A stretch of DNA of 64,000 nt from contig OZ251518.1 in NCBI GenBank assembly GCA_965242965.1, positions 2,208,001-2,272,000 of the forward strand. The letters run 5' to 3'. The position numbers were made by a program, and so were the translations under genes. Positions 49,936-60,194 of this stretch are shown piece after piece; positions within the stretch are counted from its first letter, which is position 1, and every line of letters starts with the position of its first letter. This stretch comes from Candidatus Poribacteria bacterium. Lineage in GTDB: Bacteria > Poribacteria > WGA-4E > WGA-3G. Under the pieces are notes generated by a model. That model made no database searches. It saw nothing but the letters and a program-made list of their open reading frames with translations, and was not told where the DNA came from.

Positions 49936-50062
49936 AAAAGCACCGGCACTTTAGCAGATTTTTTTGCTTAAGGCTGGTTTATTGCGTTTTCAATATGATA
50001 AAATAGTGTTGTCAATGCAAAAAAAATGCTTGACATCATCCTACAAAGAAGGTATCATTTTT

Positions 50063-50974
50063 ATGCCACAACAATACGACAACACTGTGAAATATATCAT
50101 ATTTGAACACGCCGACGAGTTCGCACGGTTCGTCCTCGGTGACCTAAACGTTAAGGTGCTTGCAAACCTTGAGTCGGAGCAACCAACGCTCAAAGCGCAT
50201 CGGACAGATTGCACCATGCGGGTGCAATTCCCCGATGAAATCGCTATCTTTCATACCGAGGTGCAAACCCACACCAGTGGCAAACCCATTGGCATGAGAC
50301 TCGCCGGCTACAACGGCTTTCTCACCCACGCCCATGAAATGAACGTCTATTGCAACGTCCTCTACTTGCATCCGAGGGCAGGACGCAACGACACCGGGCT
50401 CTACGAATATGGGCGCGGCACGGACTATGAATTCAAACTCCGCTACAAGGTGATTCGCCTGGCGGATTTTGAAGGGGAAGCCATCTTAGAGATGCAGGCA
50501 CCGGGGCTGTTGCCGTTTACACCGTTGATGAAACCGCCGGCGCGGATGCAACCAGACCGGTGGTTAGAGAAATGTTTTGATGCGATTGCGACATCTCGGA
50601 CAGACGAGACGACGCAGCATCTGTTATTTGAGGCGGCGGGTGTATTGGGCGGGTTAGCACATGACCCGCACCGTATCCGTCATTTCTTACCGGAGGGTAT
50701 CATGTTAGAATCGGCTTTTGTCCAACTTTACATGGATGAGGCACGCGACGAGGGAAGGGCCGAGGGAAGGAACGAAGGACGGGACGAGGGGAGAATTGAT
50801 GCCATGACTGACGCTATCTTGGCGTTGCTTGGCACGGAATTCCACCCCGATGCAGTGCAGACGCTGCAACCGAAACTCGCCGAAATCAAAGATTTGCAAC
50901 GTCTCCAGCAGTTGCATCTCGCCGCGGCGCGTTCGGAGAGCCTCGAAGCGTTCATGCAGCACCTCGGCAAATAG
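50063..50974 (+). CDS. Rpn/YhgA-like PD-(D/E)xK nuclease
   Basis: YDNTVK, RTD..HTEVQT..MRLAGY, LLPFTPL, EGRAEGRNEGRDEGR repeat and helical C-terminus. Confidence 0.75.
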   Translation: MPQQYDNTVKYIIFEHADEFARFVLGDLNVKVLANLESEQPTLKAHRTDCTMRVQFPDEIAIFHTEVQTHTSGKPIGMRLAGYNGFLTHAHEMNVYCNVLYLHPRAGRNDTGLYEYGRGTDYEFKLRYKVIRLADFEGEAILEMQAPGLLPFTPLMKPPARMQPDRWLEKCFDAIATSRTDETTQHLLFEAAGVLGGLAHDPHRIRHFLPEGIMLESAFVQLYMDEARDEGRAEGRNEGRDEGRIDAMTDAILALLGTEFHPDAVQTLQPKLAEIKDLQRLQQLHLAAARSESLEAFMQHLGK

Positions 50975-51020
50975 CCGAAACCGAAACCGAGGCATCCGTC
51001 ATTTCTTACCGGAGGGTATC

Positions 51021-51257
51021 ATGTTAGAATCCGCTTTTGTCCAACTTTACATGGAAGAAGCACGCGACGAAGGGGAAATTGAAGCCCTGACTGACGCTGT
51101 CTTAGCGTTGCTCAGCACGCAATTCCACCCCGAGGCAGTGCAGGCTCTGAAACCAAAACTGGAAGAGATTGACGATGCGCAACGTCTCCAGCAGCTAGTC
51201 CTCGCAGCTGCGCGTTCGGAAAGCCTTGAAGCGTTCATGCAGCACCTCGGCAAATAG
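51021..51257 (+). CDS. Orphan copy of the Rpn C-terminal segment (RpnS-like small protein)
   Basis: Own GGAGG RBS and ATG; 78 aa paralogous to 50702-50974. Confidence 0.7.
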   Translation: MLESAFVQLYMEEARDEGEIEALTDAVLALLSTQFHPEAVQALKPKLEEIDDAQRLQQLVLAAARSESLEAFMQHLGK

Positions 51258-51341
51258 CAGAAACCCAAACGCACGCAATGCCCGATAGGTTTGGCTGACG
51301 CAATTTCTACCGAAACCCAAATCAGACAGGGAGAACTTATC

Positions 51342-52772
51342 ATGTTATCCAAGGAACGCAGCTTGCAACAACGGCGCAAGCGGAGCCGGCAAACAGCTGA
51401 CATTGCACCAGCAAACGCTCACGAACGCTTTGCGCCAATACAAAATACCGATTGCGAAGGATTTTATCGCAGAGATTTTATCAAGGCAGGCGTGCTCGGC
51501 TTGTTCGGGCTCAGCCTCACCGACTTGTTCCGACTGAAAGCTGCTGCGAACCCAGGCACGGAAGCGCGAGAGGCTGTCCCTCGCAATACCACCGCGAACG
51601 ATGGACGAGCGCAATCGGTTATCCTCCTATGGCTAGGCGGCGGACCGAGTCATCTCGATATGTGGGACCTAAAGCCGGAAGCACCCGAAGAAATCCGCGG
51701 GCTTTTCAAGCCGATTTCTACGAACGTCGCCGGCATCCAGATCAGCGAGCACATGCCGAAACTCGCGCAACAAATGGATAAGTTGTGCATTATCCGTTCA
51801 ATGACATCGCCGGAGGCGGCGCACGAACGCGGCACACACTACATGATGACAGGCTATCAACCGCTACCGGGTTTCGCCGTGCCGGGGTACGGTGCCGTTA
51901 TCTCTAAACTCAAGGAGCAGCGGAGTGCCTTGCCTCCCTATATCGCTGTCCCCGCGCCGGTCGCGTATGGCGGCGGCGGATTCCTCGGCGCGTCCCTCGC
52001 ACCCTTCTCACCGGGGGGAAATCCGGCGAGCAAGAACTTCAAGGTGCGCGATTTACAGCCGCCGAAAGGGGTATCCTTTGAACGCGTTGAACGCCGACGC
52101 TCCTTGCGGCAAGCCGTCGATGCCGCCTTCAAAAAGTATGAGACAGGCAATCCTACTGCGAAGGCAGTGGATAATTTCTACACCGCCGCTTACAACCTGA
52201 TGAGCTCTTCCGACGCGCGCGCCGCGTTTGAGCTCAACAATGAACCAGGGAGCATGCGCGATGCCTATCAGCGTAACTCTTTCGGACAGAGCTGCCTGCT
52301 CGCGAGGCGACTCGTAGAAGCGGGTGTCAACTTCGTCACCGTGAGCAACGGCGGTTGGGATAACCACAATAGCATTTTCTCCACGCTGCCCGGTAAACTC
52401 TCGCAGTTTGACCGGACGGTGGCTACGCTTGTCGATGACTTGGCGAACCGCGGCCTGCTAGACACCACGCTTGTCATCGCGATGGGCGAATTCGGCAGAA
52501 CACCGGTAATTAACCGGAACGGCGGCCGGGACCACCACGCGCGCGTCTTCTCCATAATGTTAGCAGGCGGCGGCGTGCAGGGCGGCCAAGTCATCGGCGC
52601 GTCCGATCCGAACGGGATGGAACCAGCCGAAACACCGGTGCGTCCGGAAGATCTCGCGGCGACTATCTATCACAGCCTCGGCATCGATTACAACCAAAGT
52701 CTGGAATCGCCTGACGGTGTCCGCATCGTGCTTTCGCGCGGCGGCAGACCGGTTCGCGGTGTTTTGGCGTAA
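51342..52772 (+). CDS. DUF1501 family protein
   Basis: RRDFIK Tat-like motif, LWLGGGPSHLDMWDLKP, FGQSCLLARRLVEAGV, GWDNH, GEFGRTP, GRDH. Confidence 0.92.
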   Translation: MLSKERSLQQRRKRSRQTADIAPANAHERFAPIQNTDCEGFYRRDFIKAGVLGLFGLSLTDLFRLKAAANPGTEAREAVPRNTTANDGRAQSVILLWLGGGPSHLDMWDLKPEAPEEIRGLFKPISTNVAGIQISEHMPKLAQQMDKLCIIRSMTSPEAAHERGTHYMMTGYQPLPGFAVPGYGAVISKLKEQRSALPPYIAVPAPVAYGGGGFLGASLAPFSPGGNPASKNFKVRDLQPPKGVSFERVERRRSLRQAVDAAFKKYETGNPTAKAVDNFYTAAYNLMSSSDARAAFELNNEPGSMRDAYQRNSFGQSCLLARRLVEAGVNFVTVSNGGWDNHNSIFSTLPGKLSQFDRTVATLVDDLANRGLLDTTLVIAMGEFGRTPVINRNGGRDHHARVFSIMLAGGGVQGGQVIGASDPNGMEPAETPVRPEDLAATIYHSLGIDYNQSLESPDGVRIVLSRGGRPVRGVLA

Positions 52773-52791
52773 TTGCAATACGCTATCCAAG

Positions 52792-53781
52792 ATGAAACCC
52801 TATTTCTTCGTCTTAACGCTGCTGTTGCTCATCACACCCGCGTATGCGGCGCAATCGCCTATCTGGACACTCCAATTTAGTCCAGATGGGAAGACTCTCG
52901 CAGTCGGCAAATATCAGTGGATTGAGGTGTGGGACTTGGAGATGCAGCAGCGCATCCATACTTATGAACCGCACGCCGGTGCAGTGCGGTGTCTGACGTT
53001 TTCACGCGATGGAAAAAAGTTGTTCGCGGGCGGCGGGATAGCCGCGCGAAGCGGCGAGTTACGCATCTGGGATGTCGCATCTGAGGCACTGCTTAATACG
53101 CTTGAAATTCACGCCGATACGATTGAGTCCATCGCCATCAGTCCAGACGAAACGAAATTGTTAACGGCGAGCATGGATGAATACAGTGCTGTCCTCAACA
53201 TCGCGCAAGAAGGGGAAGAGAGTCAAGATACGACATGGCTCAGCCAACACGTCGGACGCGTGCTTTGCACATTGTATCACCCTGCCGGCACCTACTTTGC
53301 AACGGGCAGTGAGGATAAAACGATTAAGGTGTGGCACCCTGAAAACCACACCGTCCTTGTCAATTTTGACGGCAACGACGAGGCAGTCTACAGCCTTGCT
53401 TACGCGGCAGGCGATGGACTTATCGTCTCCGGTTCCGCCGATAACACCGTCCGTTCATGGCGTGTGACAGTCGGCGATGAGGCTTACACCGGCGCGCTAG
53501 TTCGTGAATATAACGGGCACCAGGGCCCCGTCTACAGCGTTGACTGTGGCGTGTGGAATAACCAAGAGGTTATCGCCTCGGGCAGCGCGGATACTTCCGT
53601 GATGATTTGGCATCTGCGTTCCGGCAACCGGCGCCGCACCTTTGACGAACCTACCGATGCCGTTTACGCCGTGCAACTCAGTCCAAACGGGCGACTCATT
53701 GCCGCGGGCGGACGTGATGGCGTAGTGCGCATCTGGCGTATCGGCAGCTCGCAATTAATCCACGAGTTTAAGGGAGAGTAA
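52792..53781 (+). CDS. Secreted WD40-repeat protein
   Basis: Signal peptide; repeated H..V..FS.DG..SGS.D.T.++W units. Confidence 0.9.
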   Translation: MKPYFFVLTLLLLITPAYAAQSPIWTLQFSPDGKTLAVGKYQWIEVWDLEMQQRIHTYEPHAGAVRCLTFSRDGKKLFAGGGIAARSGELRIWDVASEALLNTLEIHADTIESIAISPDETKLLTASMDEYSAVLNIAQEGEESQDTTWLSQHVGRVLCTLYHPAGTYFATGSEDKTIKVWHPENHTVLVNFDGNDEAVYSLAYAAGDGLIVSGSADNTVRSWRVTVGDEAYTGALVREYNGHQGPVYSVDCGVWNNQEVIASGSADTSVMIWHLRSGNRRRTFDEPTDAVYAVQLSPNGRLIAAGGRDGVVRIWRIGSSQLIHEFKGE

Positions 53782-53782
53782 G

Positions 53783-56668
53783 ATGAGAAAGAGCATCGTC
53801 TTTTTAATATCTGTCATCTTCCCGGGCCTCCTTTTTGCGCAAGGAAACCAGCCGCGCCTCAATTCTCTATTTCCTGCAGGTGGACAAGTCGGCACCACAG
53901 TCGAGATGAAGGTGCAAGGTGCAGATTTAGAGGGCGCGCATACGCTTATCATTGAGGGAGAACCCGGCATCAGCGGCGAACTTCACGCGGGCGGCGGCGA
54001 AATTGATAACACCCATCAACCGCTCTTTGAGGCGAATTGTGGGCAGTGCCACGAACTCCGTTCCCCCAATAACCGCTCCATGACACCGGCGCAGTGGGAA
54101 GCCACCGTGCAACGGATGATTGCGGAAAAAGGGGCAGAGATTCGTCCCGATGACGCGCGCAAAATCGCCGACTATCTCAAATCGGCGGCGAGAGCCAGCG
54201 GCGGGTTGACTGCACAACTCTCCATATCTCCCGATGCCCCCATCGGCCCGCGCGAGGTGCGCATCGTCGGTAAAAACGGCTCTTCCACCGCCTGGCCCTT
54301 TGAAGTCAGTCACGCCGCCGAAACGCTTGAGACAGAATCGAATAACCTCCCCGAAACCGCCACCGCTATCCAACTGCCGTGTATCATCAACGGCGCAATT
54401 AACCCCGGCGGCGACGAAGATTACTACGTTTTTGAAGGCGTTGAAGGCGAACGATGCGTTTTCAGCGTGAAGGCGTATCGCCTTAACAATGTGAGCCAGC
54501 AATTTTTCAATCCGACGCTTTCGTTGTTTGATGCAACCGGCGCGGAACTCGCGCGGAGCAACGGGTTCTATAGCCTCGATCCGCTTATTGACTACACATT
54601 GCCGGCGGATGGAACATATCTGCTCCGCCTCCGCGACCTGCTCCATCGCGGCAATCCGGATGCAGTCTATCGTTTGACAGGCGGCGCGCTTCCTTACAAT
54701 ACCTATCTTTTCCCTCCCGCCGGAAAAATAGAGGAGGTTATCCAAGCGACGCTCGGCGGCGAAAATCTGCCGGAAACGAAGTGGCAGGTTGAACTTGACA
54801 GCCAACTCGGACTTAAGCATATCCGAACGCCTTACGGCATCTTCCCGTTCATCGCGAATAACCTCCCGGAGGCAGTGGAAGAAAAGCGCGAGTTTGGGGT
54901 AGCGGCAGGGACAGAGAACACGGGCGCGGCTAACGGCGGCAGCGAATCCGAAATCCTTTTTGAGACGAAATGCACGGCGTGCCACGAACTCCGCTCACCT
55001 GCTAATCGCGCGCTATCCGCAGACGAATGGACGCAGACTATCACGCGCATGACGGCGAAAGAGAACGCCGACATCACAGCAACAGAACGCGACCGGATTA
55101 TCGCTTTTGTTGCACAGGAAGCACGCCGACTCGGCGAACTCATCGCACGGCAATTGGAACAGGCACAAGAATTTGTCACACCCGGCGGACTCAGCGGCCG
55201 CATATCAGAATCGGGCGAAGTTGACTATTATCGGTTTACCATTTCAGAAGGCGCGCGCCTCGGACCGTGGTGGGTAATTCATCCGTTTGATAACACGAAT
55301 GAGACAGGATTTGACACCGTCTATCCGCCGGAAGTGGAGATAGATTTTGACAAGGAATACGTCGGCAAAGATGGCCGGAAAATCGCGTGGTATCGCACGA
55401 ATCGGCGAGGCGAAAACCTGTTCTCCAACGTCCCTGAAGACGATGTCACCGGCTACGCTGTCACCTTCCTAGAATCTGACCGGGACCAGGACTATCTTTT
55501 ATCCCTCGGTTCTGATGATACAATCAAAATCTGGGTGAACGACCGGCTCATTTTCAGCAAATATGTGCATCGTCCGCTGCGGCGCGCAGATGATGTCATC
55601 CAACTGCCGGTGAAGAAAGGCAAGAACAAAATCCTCTTCAAAATCACCAACGGCTACGGCCCGTGGGGATTTTTCGCCGATATCGGTGGCTATTCCATTG
55701 AGTTATCCGCGGAACAACTGAATTCGCCGCTCAGTCCCTCCCTCACGCTGCTCAACGCCGCAGGGGACGTGTTGGCAAATAACGCAGGCGCAGGCGGTAG
55801 ACGGAACGCCATCATCGATTACAGTTTTACGCAACCGGGCATTTACGCTGTCCGCATTGAGGATATCGCAGGCAAAGGCGGCGCGGGATACCTCTATCAC
55901 CTCAACGTTCGTCCGACGACTCCCGATTTCGCCATCTCTGTCACCCCGGATAATCCGAACATCGGCAGGGGCGGCACCGTGCTTTTAGAGGTATCTTTGC
56001 AACGCCGAGTCGGGTTTACCGAACCCATCCGACTTTCTGTTGTGAACTTACCCGCTGGCATCACCGCGAGTGAGAGCGCGATTCTCTCCAGCGGCGGCAC
56101 TAACGTCGGTTACCTCACCTTAACCGCCGCTCCCGATGCTGAATTAGCGCATAGTGTCGTTCAAGTCATCGGCACTGTGACGACTGCAGCCGGACAAACC
56201 CTCCAGCGCGCCGCGACACCCGTTGAGGTATATCGTATTCAGAATAACCCCTTGACGGTGCAACGGAAGAATGTCGTCGTCAGTGTGACAGAGGCTCAGC
56301 CGTTGCGCCTCGCAACGGTACCGGAGGAAATCACGATAACCCCCGGTAGTCCCGTGGACGTCGTCGTCAAAGTGGAGAGGCAATCTGGCAATCGTCAGAA
56401 TCTGAATCTTACCGCTGTTGGCTTGCCGAACGGCGTGCGGCTTCAGCGGCGCACGACTGTCCTTCAAAAGCATCAGATAGAGACGACGCTAACGCTCGTG
56501 CCGAACATCATCGCCACCGGCAGCAACGAATTGCGGCGCAATCCATTCATCGGCAATCCGCAAGTGTTGCCTTACACCATCGTTATCAACGCCGCCGTTG
56601 GCCAGCGTCGCGTAGGAAGCAGTCCCGCGATAAAGTTATGGCTCGGTATTGAACCCACGGTGCCTTAG
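53783..56668 (+). CDS. Secreted PPC-domain multidomain protein with two c-type haem domains
   Basis: Signal peptide; FPAGGQ.GT, E.ESNN, D.DYY.F PPC-like motifs; CGQCH and CTACH. Confidence 0.8.
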   Translation: MRKSIVFLISVIFPGLLFAQGNQPRLNSLFPAGGQVGTTVEMKVQGADLEGAHTLIIEGEPGISGELHAGGGEIDNTHQPLFEANCGQCHELRSPNNRSMTPAQWEATVQRMIAEKGAEIRPDDARKIADYLKSAARASGGLTAQLSISPDAPIGPREVRIVGKNGSSTAWPFEVSHAAETLETESNNLPETATAIQLPCIINGAINPGGDEDYYVFEGVEGERCVFSVKAYRLNNVSQQFFNPTLSLFDATGAELARSNGFYSLDPLIDYTLPADGTYLLRLRDLLHRGNPDAVYRLTGGALPYNTYLFPPAGKIEEVIQATLGGENLPETKWQVELDSQLGLKHIRTPYGIFPFIANNLPEAVEEKREFGVAAGTENTGAANGGSESEILFETKCTACHELRSPANRALSADEWTQTITRMTAKENADITATERDRIIAFVAQEARRLGELIARQLEQAQEFVTPGGLSGRISESGEVDYYRFTISEGARLGPWWVIHPFDNTNETGFDTVYPPEVEIDFDKEYVGKDGRKIAWYRTNRRGENLFSNVPEDDVTGYAVTFLESDRDQDYLLSLGSDDTIKIWVNDRLIFSKYVHRPLRRADDVIQLPVKKGKNKILFKITNGYGPWGFFADIGGYSIELSAEQLNSPLSPSLTLLNAAGDVLANNAGAGGRRNAIIDYSFTQPGIYAVRIEDIAGKGGAGYLYHLNVRPTTPDFAISVTPDNPNIGRGGTVLLEVSLQRRVGFTEPIRLSVVNLPAGITASESAILSSGGTNVGYLTLTAAPDAELAHSVVQVIGTVTTAAGQTLQRAATPVEVYRIQNNPLTVQRKNVVVSVTEAQPLRLATVPEEITITPGSPVDVVVKVERQSGNRQNLNLTAVGLPNGVRLQRRTTVLQKHQIETTLTLVPNIIATGSNELRRNPFIGNPQVLPYTIVINAAVGQRRVGSSPAIKLWLGIEPTVP

Positions 56669-56787
56669 GTAGGCAAGACCTCGGGACTCGATGCAGCAAA
56701 ACCTGAATTGAAAAAATATTCACGACGACGAACGCAGAACCAACGAAAATGATGCATCTGCGGCCGTCCTATTTATGTGAGGTGGAA

Positions 56788-59700
56788 ATGTCAGCAGGAT
56801 ATTATAGAGCTCCAACAATTGCGCAAAATACCATTGTTTTTGTGTGTGAAGACGATTTGTGGACTGTCCCTGTCAGCGGCGGTATCGCACGTCGGCTCAC
56901 GTCAAACCTCAGCGCGGTAGGTTCACCCCGCTTATCTCCAGATGGAAAACACCTCGCCTTCGCCGGCAGCGAAGAGGGCCCTACGGAAGTCTACGTCATG
57001 CCGGCTGTCGGTGGCGAAGCGAAACGGCTCACCTATCAAGGGAGTAACGTCAACATCGTTGACTGGACTCCTGGGCAGGCCAGCGTTTACTACTCCAGCA
57101 GCGCGGGTTCGGCGTTTGACCCGTGGATATGGAGTGTCCCTGCCGAGGGCGGCGAACCGAAACGTCTCCCCTACGGGCCAGCAAATCACATCACCTTCTG
57201 CGAAGAAGGCGGCGTTATCCTCGGCAGATTAACCCGCGACCCGGCGCGATGGAAACGCTACCGCGGCGGCACCGCCGGGCAGCTCTGGATTGACAGGGAT
57301 TGCAACAGCTTCTTTCAACTCCTCACGCCGGCGGAGGGAAATTTCACTACGCCGATGTGGATAGGCGAACGCGTCTATTTTATTTCGGACCACGAGGGAG
57401 TCGGAAATATCTATTCCTGCCTCCCGGACGGCGATGATTTGCAACGCCATACGCACCACGAGGACTACTACTGCCGCGCGGCGCACACCGATGGCACGAA
57501 CATTGTCTACCACGCCGGCGCAGATTTGTGGGTGTATGAACCCGATACCAAGGCAAATTTCCAGGTCAGCGTTGAATTCCACAGCCCGCGTATCCAACGG
57601 CAACGGAAGTTCGTCAGCACGACGAAGTATCTGCAGGACTACACACTCACGCCTGACGGACACGCCCTGGCGTTGACGGTCCGCGGCAAACCCTTTACGA
57701 TGGCGAATTGGGAAGGCGCAGTCCTCCAGCACGGACAACGAGACGGCGCGCGGTATCGCTTCACGCAATGGCTGAACGATGGAAAACGCATCGTGACGCT
57801 CTCCGATGCCGCGGGCGAAGAAGCCCTTGAAATCCACACGTGCGATGGCAGCGAGGCACCGGTGCGGCTTGACACTCTCGACATCGGGCACGTCCGACAA
57901 CTCGCAGTCTCTCCGAAGAAAGCCCGGATTAGCATCATTAACCACCGGTTTGAACTGCTGCTCGTTGATTTAGAGACGCAGGAGGTGCGCGTGCTGGACA
58001 AGAGCCACCACAACCGCATCCGCAGCGCGGCGTGGGCACCCGATGGCAATTGGCTCGCCTACAGTTTCCCTGCGACAGAGACTACCGCCTCCATCAAACT
58101 CTGCAAAATCGAAACCGGTGAGACGTGGTTCGTCACGCAACCGGAATTCACGGATGGCGCGCCAGCCTGGGATCCGGCCGGAAAATACCTTTACTTCCTC
58201 TCCGCCCGCGAGTTCAACCCCGTTTACGACGCGCTGCACTTTGACCTCGGGTTCCCACTCGCGATGCGTCCCATGCTCGTTACGTTGCAGAAAGAACTCC
58301 CGAACCCGTTCATTCCGCAACCCCGGCCGCTTGAAGAGCTGAAGGATGACGAGAATACCTCAAATAACGGAGAGCGAGAGCCTGTCCCGCGCGATGATGC
58401 CTCTGACAGCACTGATAACGATGACAGCACTGATAGCGATTCGGCAGAGGCGAGGAAAGACGAAGACAAACCGATTTGCATTGAATTGGATGGTATCACG
58501 CAGCGCGTCGTCGCGTTTCCGTATCCGCAGGGAAGATACGGACAGATTGCCGGCATTGAAGGCAAAGCGATTTTCACCGCCTACCCGATGCGCCACACGC
58601 TTCCTGTGCCGGGTGCCGCCGATAGAGAAGAGGCACCGAAAGGCACTCTCCACGCCTACGATTTCAAGGAGCAGAAGAAGGAGAAACTTGCCTCTGGTAT
58701 CACTTCGTTCCAGCTCTCCCGCGATGGTAAGACGCTTGCTTATCGCGCCGGTGGCAGACTGCGCGTGCTCAAGGCAGGCAAAAAGGCGGAAGATGAACAG
58801 AAACCTGAAAATCGCGGCAGACCGAATCGACAGAACGGTTGGATCGAACTCAGCCGCGTCAAGGCATCCGTTGTCCCTTCAAGCGAATGGCATCAGATGT
58901 ATCGCGAGGCGTGGCGGCTCCAGCGCGATTACTTCTGGACAGCCGATATGTCCGGCGTGGATTGGGAGCAGGTGTATCAACGCTACTTGCCGCTGCTGGC
59001 ACGGGTTGCGACTCGCGCTGAATTTTCTGACTTGATGTGGGAGATGCAGGGTGAACTCGGCACTTCACACGCCTATGAATCCGGCGGCGATTACCGCAGC
59101 GCGCCGAACTACGCGCAAGGCTTCCTCGGCGCGGATTTCACATACGATGCCGAGCAGCACGGATACCGCATCGCGCGCATCCCGCACGGCGACGCATGGG
59201 AATCAGCCAAAACTTCGCCGCTCAACGCACCCGGCATCAATCTCAGCGAGAACGACATCTTGCTGGCAATCGGCGGACAGCCGGTGAGCCAAACAGTCAC
59301 CCCCGGCGAACTGCTCGTCAACCTCGCGGGACAAGAGGTGCAAGCCACCTTCCAAAACGCAGAAAGCGGCGAGAAACGCACCCTCACCCTCAAGGCACTC
59401 CGCAGCGAACGCGAACTTCGGTACCGCGACTGGGTATCCCGAAATCGGCACTATGTCCACGAGAAAACCGATGGAAAAGTCGGATACGTCCACATTCCCG
59501 ACATGGGAGGACGCGGTTATGCCGAATTCCATCGCGGCTTCCTCGCCGAGGTAAGTTATCCTGCCTTAATCGTCGATGTGCGATATAACGGCGGCGGACA
59601 CGTCTCGCAACTCATCTTGGAGAAGCTGTCGCGCCGGCGCATCGGATATGATGTGCCTCGCTGGGGCACGCCGCATCCTTACCCAGATGCATCCGTCCTC

Positions 59701-60096
59701 GGGCCAATGGTGGCAGTCACGAACGAAAACGCCGGTTCCGATGGCGACATCTTCTCACACTGCTTCAAACTGATGGAACTCGGTTTGCTCATCGGGAAGC
59801 GGACCTGGGGTGGCGTTATTGGCATTTCGCCGCACCAAGGATTTGTCGACGGCGGCGGCACAACACAACCGGAATATTCCTTCTGGTTTGAGGATGTCGG
59901 TTGGAGCGTTGAGAATTATGGCACGGACCCGGATATTGAGGTAGATTACCGGCCGCAAGACTATCTTGACGAATGCGAGCCCCAGTTGGACCGCGCAATA
60001 GCGGAAATCCTCCAACAGTTGGAGGAAAACCCGCCGCAACTCCCCGACTTCGGCGAGCGGCCGCAGTTGACACTCCCCACGCTTCCGAAAACGTAG
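56788..60096 (+). CDS. Tricorn protease (S41 family)
   Basis: WKRYRGGTAG, ELGTSH, DVRYNGGG, AGSDGD, GKRTWGG, ENYGTDPD. Confidence 0.93.
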   Translation: MSAGYYRAPTIAQNTIVFVCEDDLWTVPVSGGIARRLTSNLSAVGSPRLSPDGKHLAFAGSEEGPTEVYVMPAVGGEAKRLTYQGSNVNIVDWTPGQASVYYSSSAGSAFDPWIWSVPAEGGEPKRLPYGPANHITFCEEGGVILGRLTRDPARWKRYRGGTAGQLWIDRDCNSFFQLLTPAEGNFTTPMWIGERVYFISDHEGVGNIYSCLPDGDDLQRHTHHEDYYCRAAHTDGTNIVYHAGADLWVYEPDTKANFQVSVEFHSPRIQRQRKFVSTTKYLQDYTLTPDGHALALTVRGKPFTMANWEGAVLQHGQRDGARYRFTQWLNDGKRIVTLSDAAGEEALEIHTCDGSEAPVRLDTLDIGHVRQLAVSPKKARISIINHRFELLLVDLETQEVRVLDKSHHNRIRSAAWAPDGNWLAYSFPATETTASIKLCKIETGETWFVTQPEFTDGAPAWDPAGKYLYFLSAREFNPVYDALHFDLGFPLAMRPMLVTLQKELPNPFIPQPRPLEELKDDENTSNNGEREPVPRDDASDSTDNDDSTDSDSAEARKDEDKPICIELDGITQRVVAFPYPQGRYGQIAGIEGKAIFTAYPMRHTLPVPGAADREEAPKGTLHAYDFKEQKKEKLASGITSFQLSRDGKTLAYRAGGRLRVLKAGKKAEDEQKPENRGRPNRQNGWIELSRVKASVVPSSEWHQMYREAWRLQRDYFWTADMSGVDWEQVYQRYLPLLARVATRAEFSDLMWEMQGELGTSHAYESGGDYRSAPNYAQGFLGADFTYDAEQHGYRIARIPHGDAWESAKTSPLNAPGINLSENDILLAIGGQPVSQTVTPGELLVNLAGQEVQATFQNAESGEKRTLTLKALRSERELRYRDWVSRNRHYVHEKTDGKVGYVHIPDMGGRGYAEFHRGFLAEVSYPALIVDVRYNGGGHVSQLILEKLSRRRIGYDVPRWGTPHPYPDASVLGPMVAVTNENAGSDGDIFSHCFKLMELGLLIGKRTWGGVIGISPHQGFVDGGGTTQPEYSFWFEDVGWSVENYGTDPDIEVDYRPQDYLDECEPQLDRAIAEILQQLEENPPQLPDFGERPQLTLPTLPKT

Positions 60097-60194
60097 ATTG
60101 AATGGGAGAGAATGGCGTTCAGAGCCGCCTGAATCAAATGAGTGTAAGGAGGGATGTCACCCAGGGCCGTCCGTGCACTATCGAGAAATGATCA

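Noticed and set aside
50829-51020. N-terminal part of the 142-aa ORF, or a programmed frameshift in Rpn
   Set aside because: Out-of-frame overlap with the Rpn tail; the RBS and ATG at 51021 explain the homologous part
53927-54985. Long antisense ORFs (also 24280-25284, 32275-33249, 11728-12630)
   Set aside because: Shadows of well-supported genes on the opposite strand in GC-rich DNA
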